64,000 bases of DNA from positions 4,374,270 to 4,438,269 of the forward strand of contig MU054212.1 in assembly GCA_013239625.1 (NCBI GenBank), given 5' to 3'. The notes beneath the pieces are model-generated. The model did not search any database. It had not been told where the DNA came from and saw nothing but the letters and a program-made list of their open reading frames with translations. Shown in pieces: positions 40,704-52,062 of the stretch. A program made the position numbers and the translations under genes. How positions within the stretch are numbered: position 1 is the first letter of the stretch; every line of letters begins with the position of its first letter. Source of the stretch: Lama guanicoe. Its lineage: Eukaryota.

Positions 40704-41130
40704 TTAGTATGGGTTCAAAATGATGATTTTTCTAAGTCCATCATTTTTTCTGTTTATTATTAGGATGTGGATTGTAAACCATTAGTATATTTTGCTGTGT
40801 GCTTACATTTTCCTAGATTTAGTCAGTAAGAGCCTCTTCAAGATGGCTCCTATGTCCTTACATCTTGCCTTCATAAATGTGGAGTGTGTGTTACTTTCTG
40901 TCACTTTCTTTGTTACTTTCTGACCAGTTTACCTTTTCTAGCTTTGTCCTAAACTTAGCCATTTCTTCAAATATCTCTGGTTCCTTTGGGTGGGGAATGG
41001 AATGTAGAAACCAAAGTGTAGGTGCCAGGTACGTTTGTTAGTGCAAACATCTTTTAAATGAAATCCTGATCCTAATTTCTGTTCTAGTTCCTGGCAAATG
41101 CCAACAAACCAAGAGACAGACAAATACAAA

Positions 41131-41489
41131 TGCTATTAAAAAACAGGATTCAACCAAGTACAATTTGAAATCTGATTGGCCTTAGTCATTCATGGATTAC
41201 AGAGCATCCCATCCAGTAAATAGAAAAGCACTCCCAGGAACTGTACAAAAATGAAGGGCTTTTATAAACATGGCAGGACAAGGAGATTATTAACAAAAGG
41301 AAAGGAAGAATTGTTTCAAGCAAGGTTACTTCACTAATGCTGACCAGGAAGTTCCAGAAATTCCATTCCTGGGAGAGGTTGAAATTTCCATTAAGTCTTA
41401 ATTTGCTGTCTTGAGGGTGAGTGACTTGACCTTGGGACTGTTGTTTCTTTTTTCTTCTTCTTTTATTTTATTTTATTTTTATTTTAGCA
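41131..41489 (-). mobile_element. ERV1 (MER4-group) 3' LTR
   Basis: TG...CA ends; direct-repeat homology with 43166-43582 (gcatccca, ctgta.aaaa, agaaatt.cattcctgggagag.ttgaaa); preceded on the minus strand by polypurine tract AAAGGAGGAAAT (41501-41490). Confidence 0.85.
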
Positions 41490-41681
41490 ATTTCCTCCTT
41501 TGGACCAAATTCTCAGCCTAACTGAAAGATGTGATCAAAATTAAACACACACCCTCAGCTTCTGCTCTGTGGTTCCTGCAGCTTTGTTGCTCTTCAGTGT
41601 AGTATCCATAGGTCGTGATGTTTTTTGCCTGTTATACCTGTAACATTCACAGGTAAGAGTTTCAGGTTCATAATCCTTAAA

Positions 41682-43060
41682 TCAATTATTCTCTTCGAAT
41701 CTTTTCTGACATGCTAGTCTTAGTGAGGTCATTTTCTTGATGCTTAGTGGCTGTGAACATGCTTTTAAAGCTTCTGAGAAAATATAATGTGCCAGGGGGT
41801 TATTAGCAAGATAATTCCCAATGTTTGGCATGTATGTTGGAGCCATGATCCTCAAGATGCACCCCAATTTTAAAAAGACCCATTGAAGGAGTAACCCTTT
41901 TAAGCCAGCTGGCTTACTCAGTGATCTTACAAAGCTGAGTTTCAGCTTCCTTAGAAGTGTCTATTTAGGTACAGCATGTGGCACTGGCCATGGTACAGAC
42001 ACCTCTTTGCTGGGCTAAAAGCTAATCCAGGGCTATACAATTATCCAAGAACAGCCTTGGCCAAAGAGTCTAAGGATCTTTATCGGGCAGCTAATATCTT
42101 ACCAGTGGACTCTACAGTGTCTTCAAGAGCTAATGTGAAGTGTCTGATCATGTTCTCATTTGTATCTACTCCTGAGACGGGAGGGAAGGGGCTAGGGCAC
42201 AACCACTGAAGGAAGGACACAGCAACTGAGGACAGGACAAACTGGCTAGAACTAAGATGGCGGAAGATTTGACTTCCGGTAGACCTTGAGCCTCCTGGCA
42301 CCCATAGGCGCCATGACAGTTCCCAGACTGACCTTAAAAGGCCAAAAACTGGGCAGGAGCCCAATTCCTGGAGATCTGTGCCCCTTCCCCAACATAGTTG
42401 GAATGATCCTCCTACTTGTTAGCATTCGCAGTTCCTGAGCTCATAAATACTTAACAACCTTGTGCCTCATGGTCACTCTCTTGCCTTCTGAGATGGCCCG
42501 CACTCTATCTGTGGAGTAGGTATCTACTTTTACTTCAAACTGAACACCCCACACCTCATGGCCTCTCGCCCTCTCACCCTTTGAAATGGCCTGCATTCTG
42601 TCTATGAAACGTGTATTTCCTGTGCCACTCTCCCTTCTGAGTGAGAGAGACCGCACTGTGTCTGTGGAGTGTCTGCCTCCCTGAGTAAACTTACTTTCAC
42701 TTGACTGTGCTTTGCTCTTGAACTCTTTCCTGCACTAGCCAAGAACCTGTTCCCTGGCAACATTCCTAACAAGGGAATGAATTTATTCACAGGGGTTGCC
42801 GTGCTCATGCGTTCAAGCCAGGAGTCAGTTAGACTTTGAACACACGCAGGAAGAGAATTGCCTCGCCTGAAATAAGGGGCCATCCTAAGCAGCTTTCAAA
42901 GCTGTGCGCTGTTGGCGGGCTTTCTGAGTGAGTGGGGGCAAATCTGACCTAGACAGTTATGGACAGATCAGGATCTTCGATGTTAAATTCAGAAATCTGA
43001 AAGGTTATCCCCCTTACTAATGGCCCTAGAGATACAGAAAAGGGCATTATCTTTCCAGGC
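41682..43060 (-). pseudogene. env: Decayed, internally deleted gamma-type retroviral env, interrupted by the LTR at 42173-42762
   Basis: Hand translation: AWKDNALFCISRAISKGDNLSDF*I*H (SU N-terminus, decayed CWIC) at 43060-42980; FIPLLG|VDTNENMIRHFTLALEDTVESTGKILAAR*RSLDSLAKAVL-fs-DNCIALD*LLAQQRGVCTMASATCCT*IDTSKEAETQL (TM immunosuppressive domain, CX6CC at 41997-41971); then LGIILLI and tail ...ALKACSQPLSIKKMTSLRL. Confidence 0.85.
42173..42762 (+). mobile_element. MER41-like ERV1 solo LTR inserted in env
   Basis: TGAGAC...GGCAACA ends, flanks ctcc/ttcc (3 of 4 bp TSD), aactaagatggcggaag, gcgccatgacagtt, agtaaacttactttcactt, ccaagaacc: MER41-type motifs. Confidence 0.85.
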
Positions 43061-43143
43061 TAATGAACTTGGACAGAGAACTTGCTGGGTTCACGGGGTG
43101 CTACAGGTGTGTTTCCTGTGCTCAAAGCTGTCAGAAGTCTTTG

Positions 43144-43161
43144 ATCCCACTGCTGCCACCA
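43144..43161 (-). other. Retroviral primer-binding site, tRNA-Leu
   Basis: Minus strand TGGTGGCAGCAGTGGGAT, 4 nt after the LTR end; 17/18 match to the complement of the tRNA-Leu(AAG) 3' end as I recall it (TGGTGGCAGCGGTGGGAT). Confidence 0.85.
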
Positions 43162-43165
43162 AACC

Positions 43166-43582
43166 TGTTCAAAAAAAAACAAAATTCAACTAAGTAAATT
43201 TGAACATCTAATTGATTTTATTCAATGATTCACGAATCAAACAGCATCCCACCTGGTGAACAGAAAGGTACTCTGAGGAGCTGTAGAAAATGGAAAGCTT
43301 TTACAGAAATGAGGCAGGACGGTGAGATGATTAGCAGAAGAGAAGAAAGGGTTGTTTCAGGTAAGGTTGTTTTAGTCTTACCTCACTAGTGCTGACCCAG
43401 AAATTCCAGAAATTTCATTCCTGGGAGAGTTTGAAACCATAATTAAGTCTTGCGATTAATTTGTTGTCCTGGGGGCAAGTGGTTCTAACTTGGGGCTGTT
43501 ATTTTTCTTCCCCTTCTCCTCGTCCTCCTTCCCGTCCTCCTCCTCCTCCCCTTCCTCCTCTTCCTCTTCCTTCTTCTAAACA
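43166..43582 (-). mobile_element. ERV1 (MER4-group) 5' LTR
   Basis: Homologous to 41131-41489 in the same orientation; directly followed by the PBS on the minus strand; contains a (CCT)n expansion near 43515-43575. Confidence 0.85.
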
Positions 43583-44214
43583 AACTTTAAATTGAACTGA
43601 TACCCAATGTTAGAATTTAGGTAAAAATTCTATAGCACTGCCTGCAAATGCTGTAGAGCATTCATCATTACAATTACGTACATCAAAAAGCTTATCAGGC
43701 TTGAACTAATTATTATAAAAATTAAACTCATTTTTTAACTTACATTTAGATGGTTAGACTTTGAAATAGTTAATTAGGATTTCAAAACTTTGAAAATTGG
43801 GTTCCTTCTCATCTTAACCAAATTAAAACAATGCTAGATAAATTTAAAATTTTATTAAACATTAAAATATCATTTTTTCTAAGAATCTAAGGTTTTTTTT
43901 TTCCCCCAAGGCAAGAACTAATTGCACCATTTAAAATTAATAGCTTGGTTATATACATCTTTTGTTAATAATTAGAAGTTTAAGTGGGTGTAAAATGTGA
44001 ACATGTTTTTCCTAAGGCCTGCGCTATCTTAGACGCAAGCCAGCTTTTGCACTAAGGTGAGAACATACCGTAGTTCATGAGAGTTACATTCACTACATTG
44101 AAAATCTGGTTGTGATCACGTATATATGAAGTTACAAATGTGTATGTTAAAAAGGAATATTCTATGATAAACTGTCACTCTCTTAACTCTTAATATACCC
44201 CACTCACCAAGTGT

Positions 44215-44395
44215 TGCTCTTCCTTATAGCATCTAGCAGTACCTGATCGTGTTTAATGATTTTGTTCATTTGTTTACTGTCATTCTCCTCCACTGAAATG
44301 TGTGTCAGGATGGCCGAGGCTTTGGTTTTGTCCCTAGCACTGAATAGTGTCTGACTTGTAGTAGCTACTAAGTGCATAGATGAATGAATCAGTAG
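44215..44395 (+). mobile_element. L2 3' end
   Basis: ttgtttactgtcattctcctccactgaaatgtgtg...ccctagcactgaatagtgtctgacttgtagtagctact...gatgaatgaat. Confidence 0.75.
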
Positions 44396-47099
44396 TAAGT
44401 ACATGGTAGAAGGAATAAAAGTGCAGAGCAGGTTGTGATTTTCTGTTGGAAAGACATATAATGAGGCATTGCATCCTGGGAGATCTGGAAAACCAAAAGG
44501 AAACTGAGGGAATGGGGTGAGTGTGTTGGGAGAGTAGGTCAGGCTATGAAGTTCAGGACAAATAGGTAATAGACAAATAGACAAAATAAAGGAATGACCC
44601 AAGTTCCTATTCTTACTGTGTTCTCAAGTGAAGTCTTCTTATGGCTAGAAAGTAAAGGTTCTCACTTTTGGGTTAACTTATTTTTCATCTTAAATAAGTA
44701 CAAACTTAAACTATAATTAGAAAGGTAGTGAAATTAATGTGTGACCATGAAACCATTAAGTCGTTAAGGGAATTCTGAATCACAAGTGGAAGTCAAATTG
44801 AAAAAGAAAGAGTAACCGGCTGTAACATCATGACAGTACTGTAGTAGTATATTGTCTTTCATAGATTCAAAAGAAATACAAAGAATAGCGTCTTTATAAG
44901 TGGCACTGTATATAGTTTCTCATCTGATGTTCACAATGGCTTTCACGATGCTTGTATTATTATGTCCTTGTATAGAGCTTAAAGCATTTGTACACACATC
45001 TGGTCACTATGGTCAACATTAAGGCAGCCATCAATACAGTTGTTTACTCTTATTGAACTTCTTCCTATTTCCAGAAGACCAATATCTATACCTAAATGAT
45101 GGTGAACATACTACTTTCTGTCATTGGAGGCACTTTTCCTTTTCCTGTTTTGTTTTGTTTTTAGTCTCCTGTGACCTGAGGAGTACACAGTGTGATCAGA
45201 GGATCAGCGTCTTTTGGAGATTACAAATTAGAAATCACGGCAGAAGTCATCCACAGAAAGAGCAAGGAGGAAAGGAGGACCTGAGTGTGTAGCCCACGTC
45301 CAGAGACCAGGAGGAGCACCCATAAGAAGGATTTCAAAGGAAGTAGCTCATAATAACAGCTCTGACTTTTCATAGGTTGTCTTAGACTCATAAAAGTGGA
45401 GCCGAAATAGAACAAACAGTGAAGCTGACAGTAGCCTGGCATGAATCAGAGCAAGTTTAATCAGAAGAAGGGCACTACATCACTGTATCCAGTTCTCAGC
45501 ATCGTCAGGAGAAGGGAGCTGGACACTGGCTCTGGTCCAGGTTGCCAGTGTGGAAGTACATTTCCAAGCCCTAAGTGTTAGAGAAGGGAGTTACAAATCC
45601 TTTGAGTGTGCATGAAGTTTTCTTCATGAATAAGGCAAACAACATACAGAAGATCATATCTTTTTTTCTCATAAAAAACAACTACATCATTTTAGAAGTA
45701 CTTATGGAAGCAGAAAACTAAAGACCCTCTTTGAGAAAGCATCTCTCTTTATATTGCTGCTATCCCTCACATGCCACAAATGTCTCATGTTGTTTTACAA
45801 TTATATATTTATATGTCTTTCTGGGTGATATAGCCCTGACCTTGCCTTATTCATTTTTTTTTTTAATTCCAAGGCTTAACAGAATGCCTGGTACATAGAA
45901 AGCATGCAGTGCACTTTTGCTGAATCGATGAATTCTGTTTGCAGATTGAAAGACACGGCAGTTGTACAGGGGAAAGGTCACTTTTTAGAGATGATGTTGA
46001 TCAAATGCTGTGAGAATGAGGCCCAGAAACTGCTGCTGTCACTCAGCACATTTGGTATCACGGAATCCTGATTATATATCAAAGCTTGAGCACCAGAAAT
46101 AGCTTTATATTGACAATTTTCAGGGGGAGGTACTTATGAATATTTTTGTGTTTCTCCCTAGTTCATTAATGCTTGTGAGCATAAGAGGAAAATCACTCGG
46201 CACTTTACAACCATAGTTGGGAGAGGATGCATTTACACAAGCTTTTTTTTCCCCCAAAGTACTAGCTGAAGGTCGTTGAGGTTTTTGCCTAGATTATAGA
46301 GGATATCACATTTCCTCTGGACTGATATTTCTGGACACTGTTTGGTACACTTAGAGAAATTTTCTTTTGTCACTGCAAAGAGTAGTATAAAACTTTTTGA
46401 GTGAAAAAATGTCAAGTATTTCCTGAGATTTGATGCCGTGAGACATTCTAATTGCATACAGTTTTACCAACATACTCTCCAAATATTGGCACTGTAGTTA
46501 TGTCACGGGGCATTTATTCCTTTTTTCTCTGACCTATTGGAATTTTTTCCTCCCTAACTGTGGGGTAGGATATGAAGTGGACCTTAACTAGGTACATAGC
46601 TTTTAGCTTACTTTTTTTTTTTTTAGCAACTTTTTTTTTTCTTCACCAAGACTGCAAAATTCTTAATTGGAGTGCAGAGTGCTCTTTCTCTGCATCTCCA
46701 TGCTGCCTGAGACATGCCTTGGTCAGACACCAGTTCACCAAACCTTTACTGTGTTTGCTGAGCCAGACGTTACAGGAAGTACTGGGGCTGAGCACTGAGC
46801 AAGGCAGCCACGCCCTCTGCTCTTGTGGTCCTTACTGCTGCTCGGGCAGGAAAGATTCAACAACATCCATTTGAGGATGGGAAATGGGAGATAAAGAGGA
46901 CTGCAGAAGTGAAATCTGGAGCTGTCACCCCCTTTAGGAGTTCTAGAAGGTCTGAGAAGTCTTCTTTGAGTAAATACATTAAGGCTGAGTCTTAGAGTAG
47001 CTCTTGTCAAGTACCCCATTTCCCCCCCAGGCTGTAAAGGGAATTCAGATATTCAAACTGACAATATATTTCTGGACAGTAATTACTGTTTCTATAGCT

Positions 47100-47252
47100 C
47101 CATCTCTCTCTCTCTCTCTCATATAAATACTATATATTATATTATTATATATTATAATAATAATTATACATTTTATTATATATATATCTACTTAGATTAT
47201 AATATTGCAGTATATTCTTTATTTTACAGTATATTATGCATATATATATAAT
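47100..47252. repeat. (CT)n plus AT-rich low-complexity tract
   Basis: ctctctctctctctctc followed by tatatattatattattatatattataataataattata... Confidence 0.9.
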
Positions 47253-47269
47253 TGCCAGTTAAATTTTTG

Positions 47270-47931
47270 GCAGCAGTTGTACTCCTGGGTGTCTAGCTGA
47301 AGAAAACAAAGATATTAATTTGAAGAAATATATGCACCCCTGTGTTCATTGCAACATTATGTATTTAATAACCAAGATATGGAAGCAGCCACGCCCAAGT
47401 GTCCGTCAATAGATGAAAGGATAAAGAAGTTGTCATACATATGTGTGCATTTATCTATATGCACACAATGATATGTTGGTCGTAAGAAGGATGAAATGTT
47501 AGCACTGGGAACAGCATGGATGGATCTTGAGGGTACTATGCTAAGTGAAGTAATCCTTGCAGGGAAGGACAACTATGATATAATTTCACTTATGTGTGTA
47601 ATCTAAAAAACAAGCAAAATAAACTATAAACAGACTCAGAGTTACAGAAAATAAACTGGTTGGGAAGGGGTGAAAGAATGGTCAAAAAAAGTGAAGTGGA
47701 TTAAGAGATATGAAATTTGCATCATACAATAAATAAGTTATGGGGACGTAACGTACAGCATAGGGAATATATTTGGCAACATTGTGATAACTTCGTATGC
47801 TGACAGATGCTTACTAGACTAATCTGGAGATCATTTCATAGTGTACATGTTTATATAAATGTCAAAACACTCTGATGTACACCCGAAAGTGACATTTTAT
47901 ATCAACTATACTTCAATAATAATAAAAAAAA
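47270..47931 (+). mobile_element. L1 3' end with ORF2 C-terminal remnant and A-rich tail
   Basis: actcctgggtgtctagctgaagaaaacaaa...atatgcacccctgtgttcattgcaacatta...ccaagatatggaagcagcc...aagtgtccgtcaatagatgaaaggataaagaag...atgctaagtgaagtaa...tcaactatacttcaataataataaaaaaaaa. Confidence 0.92.
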
Positions 47932-48871
47932 AGACTTCTTGCCACATGATGAAAAAGGAAACCTTGGGTATTTGCAAACCCTAACTAATGTCAAAAGCAG
48001 TCCCCTTTTCATAAAATATGGGCCAGGGTAAGGATATGTCCAAAGTATGACTGCTTCAGGAACAGAAGCAGCATTATTACAAATAATACCTTGAAAGGTT
48101 CTCCTGTCACGTGTGCAAATTGCTGCATACAACACCAGTGACACAGTAAAGATTTTACAAATTGATTATTTTTAGAGGCAAGTTGAAAACTGGAAAACTC
48201 ATGTTTTCTGACTCCAATTCCAGCGTCCTTTCCTTTACACCACTATGTGGATTGGTTACCTAGGAAGCACTGAGCACCCAAACCCAGTAATTCATTATGT
48301 GAGTGTCACATTCATCCCTTGGGAAAGAGTCTAGATTCGAAAACCATCTAAAATTCCTTATGGGAGCTTTGTTTCCCTATCCCTAGAAGGCCTAATAGAT
48401 ATATGATTGTAATTGTTTCCCAGCCATCAACTTCTTTGTTGGTGTGATGAAATCAGCGGACCCATTCTGGACTAATTCTTTTAAATGCATAAAAGAACAT
48501 GCATAGACTTTAATAAAAATCAAAGAAATGAAATGCAGCTATAAAAACATCTGTAATCCAGAAGTTTTGGAAACAATTTTTTCCTAGAGTTACATGACTC
48601 ATAACCTGACACTTCTGGAAAGGTGTTTGTGTTAACAAGTCACTGATGCCATGACATAAGCATTCTTAAGAGAAATAAGTATCTGCCATTAAACCAGGGG
48701 ATGCCCCTTTGTTCAGTCCTTCTCCGATAAGGAGCTAAGGAGCTTTTGTGGCTGCCGATAGTAAGGTGGATTTTCACAAGCACGCAGGTGCGCGCACAGA
48801 TTCTAAAAAAGCACTACGTGAAGCTGACAACAAGGCAGTTTTCAGTTAGTTGCCTCGTGGTTCTCAGAATG

Positions 48872-48890
48872 TAGCCAGCAGATGGAGCAC
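48872..48890 (+). promoter_or_regulatory. CTCF-like motif
   Basis: TAGCCAGCAGATGGAGCAC versus consensus CCAGCAGATGGCGC, in apparently unique sequence. Confidence 0.5.
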
Positions 48891-51287
48891 TGCAAAATTA
48901 TGTGATGGTGAGGCCAGCTGTACGTATAGAATGAAGCCTCCCGCCTTATCTGATGGAATGGGTCTTTGGAATAATGGAAGATCACTAGGCTTTAGGAAGG
49001 AGTAAGGAAAGAGAGGCCATGGAATATGGGGAAAACACTTCTACTAATTGTAAATGAGAGCAACGGACTTTCCAAGGCAAGGATTTGGCATGGATATGAC
49101 TCAACTAGATATTACGTCTTCAGTTATTTATACAAGATAGGTTTATAATATTTATCATTTCTCTTAATATTAATTGCTTATGTTATGCACAGTATATAAT
49201 TCTAAAGCACTCAAAGCAAAAACAAGCACTTTTCTTGCATGATGTATGTAGTATTCTGCAGTAAGTGGCTAATAGATTGTGTTGAGATCCTTATTAGTTT
49301 TTTCATGCTTTCTCGACAATGAAGAAAACCAAAACTCATCAGGAGAGTAAAATACACCCCCTCAAAAACAGGTTTTTCTCCCTCTCTCCCCTCCCCAATA
49401 AGTGTCGTTCAAACCATAATTGGACAAATTGGTTTCAAATATGTCAGACTGTTTTTACATTTCAAACTATGTACACTTTCTCAAGATGCAAATCTGTGAG
49501 ATATAATTTGTGCAGTGGTATTTTATAGCTGCCGTGAAATCTGGCAATTTCCTTTTGACCGAGGGACCAATGAGTTGCATAGCTTTTCAGCCTAATCAGA
49601 CTCCAAGGTGCCTGGGGAAACACTACGTTCTGCCTGTAAGTCTGGTTGTAACTTTAGTTCCAGCTGGGAGCTGACCTTGCTTCTTATTCTTTTCCTTCCA
49701 TCTGTACGGCTTCCAGAATCCAGTCTGAAGTCATTCCTAGGTAGTTGCTTTCACAGCCTGGTTGTTATTATATTTTTGTAACATTTTGGCAGAGGATTAA
49801 CCTGGTGCAACCTTCAGGGCATCTGTCTGTCCAGCCAACTCAAACATGGGTCAGTGGAGATCAGGAAATAGCAGTGTCCTGAACTACCCTGTCAGTGGTT
49901 TCTGTGTCCAAATTTGTGGAAACACATGCCCACCTCACGTCGTGTGAGGCTTTGATCTTGGCTTTGCCTGGTGACGTAAATGCATTGTATAACTGTGGAA
50001 TAATGTCTGGCTGTGTTCCTCTGAGCTCGTGAGGCCGCACATCTGACAACATTGCATATTTCAGAGGATTCTGAAAGGTTGTACTATGACCATTGGGTAG
50101 TATTGTAAAAAAGTAAATTTAGTGGGCTATCGTTATTCTGGCATGTACTACGTCTCTTTAATCATTTGGGAAATTTCTTTTAAGTAAAATCGTGTTAATC
50201 TGAACTTTCAGTTCTGTATTGTCATACTGTTAGGTTTCTTAAGACTTTAAATGACTTAGAAATTTGTTTTCTTTTAGAGCTTAAAGTAGAAAGTTTCTTT
50301 TCTTTTTCATTAAATAGTATTGATACCTTTTAACTAAAAATTACAAATATGGGTTGATTAGTAAAATACAGAATATTACGTACTACCTTTAAACCAAAAT
50401 ATGTATGGCATTAACAATAGAATTGTGTTTTTGCATGGAAGGATAATATTGTTTATTTAAACACTGAGTGGGAGAGGAACTATCCTTATACACACACACA
50501 CACAAATGAGGAAATAACCTCCAGGTACAATTAAATGTCAATAAAATATGAGTTAAAATAAATACAATATATTTTTTTCCAACAGGCATGCCCAGTAGGC
50601 TGAAACATTTACAAATTGCTAGCAGTATTTTAAACCAACTTAATTTCAAAGCTTTCTACTTCCATTTTGACACTATTAAAAGCATTGATGTTCAGGTTTT
50701 ATTATTACTTTAAATCTGAAAGACATTATGCACATCGTTGCTAGGGCTCCCGTCAGGTACGTTTGCATCACTATGTCATATTAGTGCTAAACCCTTCTGC
50801 ATAATGCACATGGGAACAGACACGTATAGTCACTTTGAAAGTGTTTAAAACTGGAATGGGCAAGATCCTTTAGATGGTTTATGTTAAAAAGATTCAGAAA
50901 TATTGTATTCAGTCTGATTCTTTAAAAATTCATTCAACAGATGTGATGGAGCAACAGCTGCTTTCCAGGCTTTATGATAGATGAACAAGGCATAATATCT
51001 GGCCTTGTTGTATGCAGAGACTAGAGGAATAAATCTATATAGGAGCAATTGAAAAAAAATACTGCTGTAGGTGCTGTAATAGAGGTTTTTAATACAATCT
51101 TAAAGGAGGATCATTTGAGAGCATGGAATGAGGCTGTTGGTGAGAGAGAAGATGAAGGAAGAAACCAATACTACATGAAATTAGAGATTTAGAAGAGGGT
51201 ATAATTCATGAAGTGAGGTGCCGTTGGTGATGGGAAGAGCAGCTGAACAGGGAAACAAAGGGCAGAGGTTGCATCCTTTGTTTCATA

Positions 51288-51669
51288 TGTTATAAAAAAG
51301 GACCCCAGACCCAAAATGGAGGCCCTTACGCTAAGACCCTCTTCCCCAACTGAAATTTAATTATAGTTTTGGCTCTTCCAGAAAGAGAATCTTAAAGTAG
51401 TCAGTTAGGAATTGCCTGATCAGTACTAGTTAAGTAAGTAATCTGCCTGCTAGACTCCTGTCATCCCCTAAAGGAAAGTAGTTTTACAGTAACAGATCCA
51501 TTTTTTCCGCCTCATATAACTTCCTTGTTCCTGTTCCCTCCTGGCTGTGAACGTCTTTCATTTTGTACAGCTCCTGTCTGCTAGATTGGATGCTGCCCAA
51601 TTCAAATTAATTTTTCCTCAAAATAAACTCTTAAAATTTTAAAAATATGCTTCAGTTTATCTTTTAACA
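51288..51669 (+). mobile_element. ERV1 (MER4-group) solo LTR with perfect TSD
   Basis: TGTTA...TAACA termini; CATA at 51284-51287 and 51670-51673; aaataaa signal; shares ttttgtacag...ggatgctg with the LTR pair at 41131/43166. Confidence 0.88.
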
Positions 51670-51839
51670 CATAGAAGTGACCTTGGAAATAGTAGACTTC
51701 TCATCTCTAAATTAAGGTTAATATTGGCCATCTCAATCATTTGTTGTAAGGATTAGACAAGATAATTCATATGAGTTGCTTAGTAAAACTCCTAGTGCAC
51801 AGTAAAACTGCTAAGTACACTTTTATTTCTTTTCCCCTA

Positions 51840-52062
51840 CCAGCGAACACGTGAGTCCGTGAGCTTTCAGCTGATTATAGCCACCAATCCTGGAATCTTC
51901 CAGGTGGGCCAGATGAGGCCCCAGACACTGTGGAAGAGACACTTCATCCCAGCTATGCCCTGTTTAAATTTCTGACAATTCAGAGTCCATGAACATAACA
52001 AGCGATTGTCTTACACCGTAAGTTTTATGCTAACTTGTTGTCCAGCATTAAATAACTAGCAC
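51840..52062 (+). mobile_element. MLT1 (H-like) LTR 3' half
   Basis: gatgaggccccagacactgtggaagagac...ccctgtttaaatttctgac...cagagtccatgaacataac...cagcattaaataactagcac. Confidence 0.7.

Noticed and set aside
43144..43161. tRNA-Leu-like sequence as a tRNA gene
   Set aside because: Only the 18 3'-terminal bases including CCA match, next to an LTR: a primer-binding site, not a gene.
41127..43586. Target-site duplication for the env-only provirus
   Set aside because: Left flank caaa; the right boundary is ambiguous (taaa|caaa or taaaca|aact), so no TSD is claimed.
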